Assembly: GCA_950097015.1 (NCBI GenBank)
Contig: CATNEN010000029.1
Coordinates: 7,502,001-7,566,000 of the forward strand
Reading direction: 5' to 3'
DNA length: 64,000 nt
From: Macrostomum hystrix
Lineage: Eukaryota > Animalia > Platyhelminthes
The position numbers were made by a program, and so were the translations under genes. The notes below the pieces were generated by a model, which searched no databases, was not told where the DNA came from, and saw nothing but the letters and a program-made list of their open reading frames with translations. How positions within the stretch are numbered: the first letter of the stretch is position 1; each line of letters begins with the position of its first letter. Shown piece by piece: positions 11,369 through 23,560 of the stretch.

Positions 11369-13084
11369 TTTGGGTGCAGTCCTTCGGAGTTTCGGACTAA
11401 AACAGTTTCATTTTGTTGGATTTTTTCAACAACACGCGAGAGAGACTAAAATATGTTTTTAAACAACCTTTACTTCGCATATAGGCATCTTGTTTTGCAG
11501 GAAACTAAAAATAAGTAAAATTTTACAGACAAGAGGACGCACTTACTTACATACAAGATTTCCCAGATGCTACCACACTTCTAAAGGCTTGAATGTCTAT
11601 AAATCTGGAAATTGAAAATAAACTAGAGTGGCATTTCGTACTACACTCCTTCTAACTCTGATCAGAAGTCGTCAGAACTGCTACTGCTGCTGGACATAGA
11701 CGCGAAGTCTTCATTATCTTCAAGATCGGACAGTAACGACGAGGCAACGGTACCTGGCTCCCGCACCAACGCGACCGCCGCGAGATTTCTTAGCTGGCCG
11801 ACCGTCAGCCAGTAAGCAGACGAAGCACCTGGCGATCCTCTTCGCCGAGATTCAGGTCAGCAAAAGGGTCGTCCGAATGCTGCTGACGTCGGCGACGCTT
11901 AGCCAAGGCGCTGCCTTCGCCCATCGACGACGAACCGGCGCCAATCGAAGCAACAACGCCAGAGACGCCGACCCCACCGCTGCTAGCCGCAACTCGACGG
12001 CGCTTTGCCGACGGACGGCCAATGGCACTGGGGCCGCCGACAGCGCGTGGCATAGTAGCCGACGCCGGTGCTGGCGCCACTCGGCCGCGAAAAGAAGCGA
12101 GATAATCGCGACGCTCCACCTCGCTCTTGTCAGTGCTTTTATGACGCCAGCAGATTGGATAGAGCCGCACCACGGCCTGGTCAATGCTGCGCGTGCAAGG
12201 CCCGGTGAAAACAACGCTGCCAGTGGCGAACACTTTGGCCAATACACGGATGTCTTTGAAGCGCAGGTTGAGGGCAGGATGAATCTCAGGCTCGTACTCG
12301 GCCATTTGCGGCAATTCGTCAGCAATTCCGGGCAGTTTAACTAGGAATGGCAGCTCGCAGGTGGCGTGCACGTTGGTGATGCGAAAATTTGAAAACTTGC
12401 AGGGGAAGCCGAGTTTTTGAATGCGTCTAGCGATGCGCCGGGCGCCGCGACGAGATTCTAACTCACTGGCACTGCCGGCTACAAAGATTTTGCCACTGGA
12501 ACGAATACTCGCAACAGCAGTAGGGCTTCCGTAGGCGCATTGTGACCATGTAGTTCTCCGGCCTGTACTCAACATTCAAACCAGTCTAAGGCAATCTTCT
12601 TCAGGTTCAGGTGGCACTGTGTTGAGAAACAACTGACAACATTGTGCAGAGTAACTGTGATGTCTCGAGTGATGGAGCTGCCACCGCTGCCTCCATTGCT
12701 ATTGTCGCCAGCTGAAGTCGCTCCTTCTTGATTTTCTTTATGCGGCTGCTGCTGATTTTGTGCTTGCGGAGGCAGTCCTGCACTCCTGTCGTATAAGGTT
12801 GATGACATGTATAGCTGCAAAAATAATTTCATTTATAAATTATTTACTGACTGTGCATAAAGCATGCTGTACCCAAAGCAACCCTAATGAGGTTATTCAT
12901 TATCTGCCGGTTTTTCTATTTTCTTGCAACAAAGAAAACTTTTAATACACTGCTATCTATTTCGTAAATATTCTTATAGTACTTTTTACATTAAATTTTT
13001 TTTGTATTGCCATCATTGCAAAATTCTATGCACAATTGTGACTTCTGTGGCCTGTGAATATGCGAGAGGATGTTGAAGGTATTA
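11369..13084 (-). CDS. Unidentified multi-exon gene (partial) whose intron contains TRF2
   Basis: Putative exons 13084-12990, ~12915-12848, 11604-11551, 11504-11474, 11445-11369 with GT-AG sites join as NTFNILSHIHRPQKSQLCIEFCNDGNTKKFN-..QIMNNLIRVALGTACFMHSQ-FIDIQAFRSVVASGKSCI-FLQNKMPICE-SLSRVVEKIQQNETVLVRNSEGLHP. This needs one A removed from a homopolymer and a 28-nt intron. No family recognised. Confidence 0.4.
11662..12808 (-). CDS. TBPL1: TBP-like factor TRF2/TLF, intronless CDS with +1 frameshifts
   Basis: ITVTLHNVVSCFSTQCHLNLKKIAL-TGLNVEY..RLRKP-TAVASIRSSGKIFVAG..ARRIARRIQKLGF..YEPEIHPA..VFATGSVVFTGP matches TBPL1/TRF2 (CHLNL, YEPExHPA). Insertions at ~12586 and ~12524. An acidic tail (DLEDNEDFASMSSSSSSSDDF*) probably extends the CDS from the 11805 stop to 11662 via two more +1 indels. 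Confidence 0.9.
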
Positions 13085-13270
13085 CTAGTAAACGAAGAAT
13101 AATAAATTTGTATGTTATGTAAACGATTTTTAGGAATTTTGGGCAATTTAGAACTTGCCTGTGCTTCAAGTAGTTAGTTTCGAAAACGAAATACTTAGAA
13201 TTTAAAATTGCATTGTAGTGTATGCAATGGACCAAGCATGGTCACTGTGCCCCTAAGTCCATGTACGCAT

Positions 13271-14581
13271 AGGGGCGCTAAAAAATTTTGTCGTTTGACC
13301 ATAGCACATGATATTCTCATTGAATTTTTTCTCATAGTACGAGTTTCTCATACTCGTATATGGAATGTCTATGGCACACTTTCACCTTTGCATGTTTATC
13401 TAAAGGGATTTTTAGGCACAATTCAAAACACTCCCTGGATTTTCAGCAAAATGGACAAGCAAGAGTATCGAGCACTCATGAAATTCTTACACTCTGAAAG
13501 GGCTAAAGCCTGCCAGCTATCGAAGAGGAGATAAAGTCTGTGTACCCCACAACTTGTTCCCTCTCTGCGCACCATCGAGCGACACCACAACGAATTCAAG
13601 CGTGGTAGGGTGAGCCTCGAAGATGACCCCCGCAGCGGGCGGCCAGCGACTAGCACCAATCAGGACAAAGTGGACGCAGTTGCCAAGCTCCTGGATGAAG
13701 ATCGCCGGATCCGAGTTGCCACAACTCGAATCCGGCGAGTTGCACACACCGTGGGAATCTCAGCTGGATCGGTGGAGGAGACCTGCATTAAATCCTCGGG
13801 TACAACAAGATCAGTGGCCGATGGGGGCCCCGAATGCTTTCGCGAGACCACAAGGCAGAATCGGGTGAACTCCTGCCGCCTCATGCTTGACCTCTACAAC
13901 GAGGACGCGGACGGGTTTGAACGTCGCATTATTACTGGTGATGAGTGCTGGATTCACCACTACGATCCCGAGTGCAAGCGTGACTCCATGGAGTGGCGGC
14001 GCCCTGGTAGAAGGGCCCCACCGCAAGTTCAAGCAGACGAAGTCGGCTGGCAAGATCTTGGGCTGCTTCTTCTGGGATTGCCAAGGGATCCTGCTCGCCG
14101 AATACCTGCCCGTGGGGGACACTGTGACAGGTGTTCGATACGCCGAACAGCTTGGCCGACTTCGTCAGGCAGTCGTCCAGAAGAGGCGGGGAAGCTGAGT
14201 GCCCGCTCCCTGCTGCTTCACGACAACGCCCCTGCTCACACAGCCCAAGTGTCGGTGAATGCTGCCACGACTGCGGGGTTCGAAATCCTTCCGCATCTGG
14301 CCTATTCACCAGACCTGGCCCCCTCCGACTTCTACCGTTTTGCCAGCTGAAGCGGCCACTACGAGCGCACCAATTCGAGTCCGACGAGGTCATCACCCTC
14401 ACCAACCAGTGGCTGGAGGACCAGACAGCCGAGTTCTACACTAGCAGCATCCAGAAGCTGCAGGGACCAATGGCAGAAGTGCATCGATCGCCAGGGGGAC
14501 TATGTTGAAAAATAAAGTGACATTGTCCCCAAATTGCTGCTCTAAGTACCCGAACGACAAAAACTTTTTGAAACGCCACCT
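13271..14581 (+). mobile_element. Mariner (DD34D) DNA transposon; transposase 13451-14515 with several +1 frameshifts
   Basis: MDKQEYRALMKFL, EDDPRSGRP, GDECWIHHYDP, LLLHDNAPAH, YSPDLAPSDF and terminal GDYVEK*. Imperfect TIRs aggggcgctaaaaaattttgtcgttt (13271-13296) versus the reverse complement of 14552-14581. Confidence 0.9.
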
Positions 14582-15399
14582 GAACCACCAACTTGTATTA
14601 TGACAAAGTACCCTTTAGTATCACTACTAAATCAAAGTATCATTACTCCTAATACGAAAATTATGCTGCTTGAAATTCACAACTATTAATATAATTACAC
14701 TTTGAAATTTTGCTGATAACTTTACTGGTTGCTAAGTTGCAAATTCTTTAATTCAAAGTCAGACTAATTTTTTATTTTAGATTGACTATGCCTATAGCCC
14801 ATAGTCAGGAAAGTGGCATTTGGGTTAAAGAATTCTAGTGCATACTGACCATCTTGTAGCACATATTGGCATAAGTTAATAGCACAACTTCATGGCATAC
14901 ATTGGTGCACATCATTAGTAGAGGACAGATGGTACACCAAAAAATACTAAAACCCCATGTATACAAAAGAAAATGGTAATTCCTTTATTGATAGTTGGTT
15001 TGGTAATATTTAGTATTTTTTATTTCTTTGAATTAGGAGTTAGCTAATCTGATACAAATACAACTGTGCAACAAAAAAGAATAATTTTAATGCTTAATTA
15101 TTATCAGTTTAGATTTTTATAAACTGTATATTATATTATTGTTTGTATATTGACATGTTGACAATTGAAATGTTGACAATTATATTGACAATTAAGCAAA
15201 ACATCATACAAATATAACAATAGTAACAATAGTTAGGTTAAAAATTAACTTCAAATCAGTTGTTTATTGATAATGAATAAATGGTAGAAAACTTTATTGC
15301 GAAAAAACACATTTCTTTACTCTTTCTATGGCAGCTGTAGTCTCACAATCTCTGTTAAGTTTTCAATGTACTTTGCTTGCTTTCTTGTTACCTCTGTAT

Positions 15400-16650
15400 T
15401 TTCTTGCACCATTAAAAATGGCTTTTGTCTTCTGCTGTGAGACAACCCCATTTTTGCACTTTTGGCCAATCCAATTTTTATAAGGGATTCTTGGGTAAAC
15501 AGAATGCATTGTTTTGCAGGCTAGTCTGTGATTTCCTAAACATTATTTTGACACTATACACCTATGCTCTGGGTTTGAAAAATTTGATAAATACTTTACA
15601 TGGCAGAAATCTCTGTTGAAACTGTAGTATAAATGGCTGAGCTTTGCAGAATTTGCACCCTCTGTCTTCAGTGTCCTAGGACCCTTTTGTAGTCATATAT
15701 GCGCAACCTCCCAAATCTTAGCCGGCCATGCGACTTAGTTTTTGCTCTCATTTGCGACTTAGTTCATTTCATTGCTCTATTTACGACTTAGTTTGCTCTC
15801 TTTTGCTCTCTTTTTCTCTCCCCTTTTTCCTTTTCTTCACGCCTTCCTTTTTTGTCCCTTGGTCCCCCCTTTGATTTTTTTGCACTTGGTCTATTGGTTT
15901 TTGCGACTTACCTTGCTTGGCCCTCGTTTCACCCGGCCGGGTTGGCCGGGTGTTGCGCATGTATGTTTGTAGTTCTGTTAGATCTTTGCAAAAAATAACT
16001 AAGTCATCACAATAGAGTAGGTTGTTGATTTCTTTATTCATTATATTGGAGTTGCTGTGGAATGACTTATTTAATATAGCACTCAATGGGTCTATGTATA
16101 TGGAAAATAGTAGCGGCCACCAGGGAAACCTTGTCTTGTGCTATTTGTGATTGGATAGGCCTTTGTTGCTGTACTTTCCTATGTATTTATCTGGAACTTT
16201 CCTTCTTGGTACATGCTCTGAATTATGTTCATGATTGAGGGGTTGACAGTTGATAGGATTAAAGATATTTTAGCAGTTTGATCAAGGTTGAGTGGTTTAC
16301 CATATTAAAAACACTTTTAAGTTAGAAAAATACTAGATAATAAGGGCTTCTCTTTTGTTTTTTGCACTGAGTCAATGTATGAGCAGGGTGGCAATGTGGT
16401 CTGAATTTTTATGACCCTTTTGCTTCTAATTTGAGTAAAATACAATAATTTAAACCTTCTAATATGGTCATTGAGTTTACCATAGACCATAGATAATTGA
16501 TCTGATCAAATATGCTATTGCAGGTTGCACACTAATGCGACAATGTATTTTTTCTTGCTTGTAAAAACCTGTCTGTCAAAAAGACAGTTAGAACAAAGTC
16601 CTTTGCTATGGCTTTTATTGTTACAATATTGAAATAAATATAGATTGTAT
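15400..16650 (-). pseudogene. Decayed non-LTR retrotransposon reverse-transcriptase fragment
   Basis: Across frameshifts: RQGFP..LLFSIYIDPLSAILN (QGxxLSPLLF motif, ~16135-16070) followed by LLYCDDLVIF (YxDD, 16003-16014). Boundaries approximate. Confidence 0.65.
15694..15965. mobile_element. hAT-type MITE (272 bp) with 8-bp TSD
   Basis: TIRs CATATATGCGCAACCTCCC / GGGTGTTGCGCATGTATG, exact flanking duplication TTTGTAGT (15686-15693 and 15966-15973), internal repeated RCGACTTA motifs. Confidence 0.85.
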
Positions 16651-19600
16651 TGATTAGTTCAAATATGCACTTGCCAAGGAAGCTCGCAGAAATCTGGTTT
16701 GTGGGAAGGTTGTCCCATCTCTTTGTAAGTATGAGTTCAAGGCCATCAAATCAAATGCTATGTGTAAATTATGATTATGTAAATTCTACTTTCTATCTAA
16801 TACACCCTTCAAATTCATGATTTAGCAAATGGTTTCTCTCTAGTGTATGGTAGGGTGTCACAACACACAAAAAAGTATGTACAAATCCATTCAAATTAGT
16901 CATGGAACTAAAAAATCTGATTTATCTTCTATCTACATAGTGGCAGTTTAGCATGTCATGTGGACAGGCAAAATAGCAAGTGTTTAATTTCTTCTCATGT
17001 TAGTTGATCAACTTGTCTGCTCATGAAATTAACTTGCCTACAAATAAGTCAAATTGTCTGTTGGCACACAAGATGATGACAGACAGAAATTGGAACCCAA
17101 CAGAAACTAGGCATAAGAATTGTAAATCTAGATATGGGACAGACCTAATTAAAGTAAAAATCTAAGCAATGTTCTGCATTTATTGTGCAATTATTTCACC
17201 AATTTTTCTAATTTTTAATACTTGTTGCTGTTTCAAATAATTAGGTAGTACAATTTCTTTCATTTCAGCAACCCCAACATCAAGACTGGCTACCCACCCA
17301 CCCCAAATTTTATTCAATCACCCAACAAAGTATTATATTTTCCACCAAGCTGTTTAACTTCACTAGGGCCAACTTTAGCATTTGTCAAATGGTTGAGGCA
17401 AGCTGAGATAACATGCAAATGATGAAATAGATGACCAAATACCATTTCATTGCAAACCAGGCCAACTGCAAGCATTGTAATATTGACATGCTACTCAAGT
17501 GTTGGCAAATGCCCAACTATGCTGATGGCTATGCCTAATTCTAATTCTAGGATTAATTTTTTACTTGTACTAGTATCCTAGACTTGTACTTGTCTAGGAT
17601 TACTTTTACTAGTATTTGGACATTCATGAGTACTACATCATAAAATAGTTCACCATACCTAGGCCTAGCAATGAAGTACTGAGAAGATTAAATAGCATAA
17701 AATAATAAACAGCCTTATTATTTTATATTTTTGGAAAAGCCAAACACAGTGAGGCAAACAAACCTTGTTTATAAGAAGACAAGAAATAATAAACAAAATA
17801 ATAATTTGCCAAGCTTATTAATAAATCATTAAGCAGACATGTCATGACTTCTGCCCACAATGTTTTAGTTCATTCTGAATAAAGATATTTTTAGACTACT
17901 GAAATGTAGATATATCTGACTTATCTGCTTATAGCCCAATCATTTCTACTTGCTAGTTCTATAACGTATAAGTATTATTAAAAGGCGTCAACGAGTGAAT
18001 AGAAGTAGCTGCTACAATTATAAGTTTTTAATGGCCGTAGCTATAAACTATAAAAATATTTACTATGTTATATTTTCACGCATGCACACGCAACCTATTA
18101 TTCTGTAGACGGCCTGAAACACACAACAGCACTAAATATCAGTATGCAGTGCTAATATTTTAATACCAAGGACCAAGAAAGGACCAAAAAGAAACCAAGA
18201 AACGAAGTTGTCCCGTCCTTCTCAATCTAGCGGTCCTTGGTTGGCACACACGAACCTGTACAATACGAAACATTTGTATTGCGCATTTACAAGTTAAAAC
18301 AAAAGCTTTTTTACGCATTTCATATCAAATTTTAAAACAAAAAACCAAATAAAAGTATAAAAAAATAGAAAACATGTACTTTAGAGAATGCTTCGTCAGC
18401 CTATTTTGACTTGTATATTCATTTTACTTGTTGTTCAAGAAAGGGCCGGTAAAGGTTCAGGTAGACAGGAACAGGTAGACAGTTACTGTCTACAAATAGA
18501 TAAATTTCTATACCGTGAACTTCATCGTAGGCGGAAGCCTACCATTTCGATAAAATACTGTTCACAAAATTATTTTTTATGCACGAACAATGTAGATAAA
18601 TCTAACTTTACGTTTAGTACTCACAAATCCCTGTGAATCCACATTTTGATAAACTTTTACAATACACAATCTGGTAGAACAATAGCTTTAGATATAAAGA
18701 ATAAAATTAACTTATGTTGCCGTAATTTACGTAAATAGAAGTTCAGACCTAAATTAGTACAAATTAGACGCTTTGATCAAATACGCAGAAAGAAACTCCT
18801 AAAACGAAGTACAAACTTTAATTTGTACATCGGTTGACAGCGGTGGAATATTATGCGTATTACCCTTGTAAGCATATTTAGAAGCATTAGAATGTTAGAA
18901 GTAAAATAATATGCGTGTACAATAAATATGTACACCTGCGCATCCGTGCATGATTTTACAGAAACTTGCAGGAAAAAATTAAAGAAGACAAAAAATGTAA
19001 TTGCTGGCATGATCTTTTCAGATACATATGTCTGAAGCAGTACTCAGTAGCTAAATTAATTGAGCACTCACCAATCTTAAGAAACCCTTTCAATGTTCAT
19101 CTACATCGTATCATGAGATTTCCATACCAGTGCATGTGTAAGCAACAACGCATACTTTAGAGAAATACATGTATAAATACCGCTTACATGCACTTGTGCA
19201 GTTCACTAAAAATCGACCACATCATTAATTTTGGAAGACGACTTGACCTCATCTGACTCAATATACGAGTATTAATTCACAGTCTATAATTGTATCTTTC
19301 ATATTTACCACTAATTGTCTTCACGTACTCTTTTCACTGAGACTCAATAATTCCTTCAAATAAAGCTATAAATGTATAAGTGAATTCAAAAAGATATTTA
19401 TACGCTCGTATTTAGTGTACATTTTGTATGCACCCTCATCCAAAGAGACGTATTTTCGCATAAATTTGAGTAGAGTTACCCACAATTCCTCCCAATTTGT
19501 ATTCCGCTTTGCAGTTTCTTCATCTCTGTCAAATGAATTCTACTCTGTCTCGATCTATGTCTCCTAGCTATATTTGATTCTGGTTCGACATGTCTCTGCC

Positions 19601-22600
19601 CGGGTCATCGATTTCGGACATTTGATTACCGAAGGCAGCAGAAACTGCATCCAGTCACGGGCGACAGCGTGTTCCTCCTTCTGGAGCCCTTAATTTCACC
19701 CATCGTAGCCCGATTCCCGACTGCTCAACGGCCACCGTATTTTCTGGCGGCCCTCCTCTGCCAATACCCTCTGGACACGGGTTGGAAGGGCTGATTGGGG
19801 CTTGTCGACCCCGATGCCTAGGAGTCTGGCTAATTGAAAAAATTATCGAGTAACTCGATTTTCACTCAACTGCACACGCGGCTCGGTTCGGGGATGGGGC
19901 TGTAGGCGGGACTAGCTCCCTTGATTCTTTCGTCAAATCCTCCATCCAGCGCCAGCCCTTCTGTAATAATCTTCCAGCCAGAAGCGCGCTCGAACTCGGG
20001 CCCCTCTGGGACCCTTGCCAGACTCTGGGGGAATTCCAGCCGGCCTGCAACGCGTCACTAGTTCCCCTTTTCTCTCGCTCTTAATATACTAGCTTTCTCC
20101 ACTCGTGGAGCCGTGCAAGACTTTTTTTGCCTTCAAAGCCCCCTAAAACTCTCCCTCATCTTCCCTCCACTCCCCCCAGCCTCAGTTTCTCCCCCCCGTT
20201 CCTCATCCAGCGTGTCCTGTCCTGTCCGGCTCGCCCCTATTGATTGCCTTCAGCAGTCGTGCTGCCATCACTCCCTGTCTATTGCCAATCCGAGGCGTTG
20301 GTCAGGACCGCCCAAGCCCACGTCGTCCCTCATTGGTCGGCGGACCACTTACGCCGATTTTCAATTTGCTCTCCGGCCTGACTCCTAAAACTTGTTCCAG
20401 CGCCTGCTTATAGGAATTGAATTCTGTTTCGCTTTGCCCTCCTCACTCCAAGCTTCTTCAGTCGAGACACTTCCAACTACTTTTACTTTGGGGGGCCTCG
20501 TTCCACATTTCCCTAAGCCTTTTTTACTCTCTGCCAAAACTTTTTCCCGCCTCATCAGGCTCGCCCTCTTCATCTCCATCCTTCTCAGGGCCACCACAAC
20601 TGCCCTGACAGCCAACCCCACAGCCGTCTGTGCTGCCCTCCAAGTAGCCTTCAAGGCCAGGACTGTTGCAGAAGCCGCAAGCAGGAGTTGCTGGAGGGCT
20701 CAAGCCGCTATTGGAGTCCAGTTTCCCTCATTAGCGGGAACACACGCGCTCCACCCCCAGCCAACCGGCTCGCCAGCTAAACTCAGCGCCAGCAGAGCAT
20801 AAACCCATTGGCCAAGCAGCTGGAAGACAGAGTCACTGTAAGAGTCCGTTTCTGAGGCTCACAAGCCGGTGGCAGACAAAACAGCACTGGACATCACATT
20901 TGGTGAGCCACTACTCATAAATCGCTATGAAATAATGAATAAAGCAATTCTATTAATGTACTCGCAGATTGCACATTGACTTTGACGAATCATCGCCTTC
21001 GTATTCTCCCCTGAGGTTTCGTATGTCATTCACTCACTCAGGTTTGTTGCCCACTCATTCAGAACCTGAGATTTGACAGCTTTAATTCGACCCTTTTAGA
21101 TTTCTAAACTAGACACTATCGATATATAGAACTGGGCATATACGGCAAGAAAATAGACAGAAGGGAGTGAAAACGAAGAACTGAGTTGCGAAGTCCACTG
21201 CGCGGATTGAGATCGAAGAAGTGGTCCATAGGGGGCTTATAGAGGCCGGTGAAGTGAAACGGAAATGCAGCGAACCGCAAGAAAGGGAGATTTCAAAATG
21301 GAAAGTTTATCCCTTCGAGGAGAGGCGAAGACCCCGGCCTAAGCTCACCTCTTGTGGCCAACTAAAATATAAGCTCTATTTCGCCAAAACCCTATAGCCT
21401 TCAAGCATGAGCCATGGCAACTAATCCTCTGTCTTTCAGGGATGGAATTGCTAAAGAAGAGAGGACAGAGGCTTGCAGAATGCGAGTTGTGAGAAAGACT
21501 ACAAAAAAATTGAACAACAATTTCAGCCACTCAAACATGCTATCTCCAGGCCGTAGCAGATCTCAGGGGACCCCAATGAGACCCAGCTCCACCCCTAACA
21601 GAAAAACTCCTTGTTTTTTATCATTTCCAACCCAAAAACAAGACCAGCATTAAGCGCGGCACACTGTTTGTATGTTTTTTCTGTCCTCAAGTGCTCTGGA
21701 CTCTATAGCAGTTGGAGAATGGGGGAACTGGATGTACCGATTTTCTTATAGTTTTCTGGACAGAAACGGAAGCCACTATCGTGTTGCAAAGCCGGGTGGG
21801 CTGAAGCTATGCCATAATCTTTGTGCACACACATGCTCGCAGCACGAGTGAGTGGCTGAATGCCCAGAGCTGAGACTCGTGTACTCACCAACTCTACCCC
21901 AACTCTCGCTATTCTATTCTATTAAATTTTGCTGCCTAGCCGCTTCCTGCCTGGTCTGAGGTCATGCGTGCATGGCAACGAAAATGCAGGGGCCCGGCCC
22001 CTCCTTTGGAGCCGTGGTCTATAGAGAGAAGGAGTGAGTGAAAGCGGAAGACGATTCGAGTGTCTGCTACTTCTCTGCAACTTTCGTTGCAACTCTTCAC
22101 CGAAGCATTCAAATAGCCGCGCTTGTAATGAAGAAAGCCCGGTCCCTTTATAAACAATAAGTGGCACTGAATCAGCCTTCGATCTGATCGATGATGCTCG
22201 CAGGCAGGTGCCCTCTTAAGCCAGTTTAATTTCCCGCTCTTGACTGCACACGCGTATCTCCCACTTTCCTCACCTGCATGACGCAGGTGCGGCTATGGAA
22301 TGGAAAATCTCCCAGAATCGTTGTGAGGCGAGTGTGGCCGGGCGGAGCCCGTGGAGGCGTATAGTGGGGCGGCTATAGCACGGAAAGTATAACCCGATGC
22401 CGTCGATAACTCATTACCGAGGCATCGATGATGACGGTTGCGCGGGGGCCGGGCAGTCCAGCCTCCACTGAGATCGCTGACTAGCCAATCTAAAATATCT
22501 TTCACTCCCAGAGTTTTTTTCCGGAGCTTAACTTTGACTTTTCTTTTTGTGATTATTATTTTTTAAATCATGAGTTTGAAAATTTGCCGATCAATGCCGA

Positions 22601-22769
22601 AATTCTAGTCTCAATATTTACGTGGTGAGCAAAGAGTTGAGAAAAATCATACCTGTTGAGATTTACGCTCGTACACAAAATCGGACACCGGAATTGACAG
22701 ATCCGGCTTTCAACTAGCAATTTTTCGTTGGCTTTTCGGCCACATAATTGTGAGTTACCTGCTCTTCAA

Positions 22770-23105
22770 TGTAATAATAATAATAATAATAATTGCAAGC
22801 ATTTGGTGACACTATAGACCCGCAGCCAGCGAGGAGGCAATTCTGCCCATTTCGCTGACTCCATGAGCACACACGCACACAGATACTGTACGCAGACACA
22901 CGCTCACACATGTGTATACTATCTGTCCTGATTTTCTCGTCTCAGTTCTTTGAGGTTTGCCCTCAAGGGCGTAAATTTCACGACAAGCCGCATAGCCTTC
23001 TTTTCGCGACCTGCGCACTAAAATTAAGGTGGCCTCAGCGGCGCGGAATCGAACTCAGGGACCTTGGTGCGAGAGGCAAACCTGTTAGACCGCTGTCACT
23101 CACAC
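22770..23105 (-). mobile_element. tRNA-derived SINE family A, full length with (TTA)n tail
   Basis: Reverse strand: tRNA-like head with B box GAGTTCGATTCC, body ..gggcagaattgcctcctcgctggctgcggg.., (TTA)n tail at 22770-22795. Homologous to the copies at 38045 and 47610. Confidence 0.8.
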
Positions 23106-23324
23106 CTTTCCATTTGCAAAATCATCCTTGTCTCTCCCACCCTGTTCAAAAATTATCAATTGATCAAATGGAGTGACACGCGAAATCTACTGGAACATTG
23201 CAGTCTGATCTTCGTTTGATGTACCAGAGCGAGTGTAATGCTTGTTTGATGTACTAGAATATAACTAGAATTAATAACAATTGATAACACCTGCCCGAAT
23301 CGGGCCAGATGTGCAGCCGACAAC

Positions 23325-23560
23325 AGAACCGCAGCTATTGCGCATCTGAAGGCTGCGTACGGCTGTTCAGTCCATGGACTGGGGGGGGACGCCACACCCA
23401 CCCTCAATTACCCCAGCTGGTACCCATTTTACAGCTGGGTGAACTGAAGCAATACAGAGTTAAGTGCCTTCCTAAAAGACACAAATTGTACCAGTGGAGT
23501 CGGGAATCGAACCCCTGACCTTTAAGTCGCGAGTCCGACGCTCTAACCATACGGCTTACA
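23325..23560 (-). mobile_element. CORE-like tRNA-derived SINE family B
   Basis: Reverse strand: head with GGGTTCGATTCCC, then GGCACTTAACTCTG..CTTCAGTTCACCCAGCTGTAAAATGGGTACC and the conserved tail CCATGGACTGAACAGCCGTACGCAGCC. Confidence 0.8.

Noticed and set aside
15781-16086. 101-aa ORF ending in a Lys-rich tail
   Set aside because: A chimera of the RT fragment and the inserted MITE, not a gene.
17990-18960. Possible DNA-transposon remnant
   Set aside because: I could not find TIRs, a TSD or a transposase motif.
20385-20802. ORFs on both strands upstream of ELAV
   Set aside because: No recognisable motif or convincing splice-consistent chain; GC-rich regulatory-type sequence.
22770-23560. 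SINE A next to SINE B here and again at 38.0-38.6 kb (a composite element?)
   Set aside because: Relative orientation and spacing differ between the two loci, so independent insertions are more likely.
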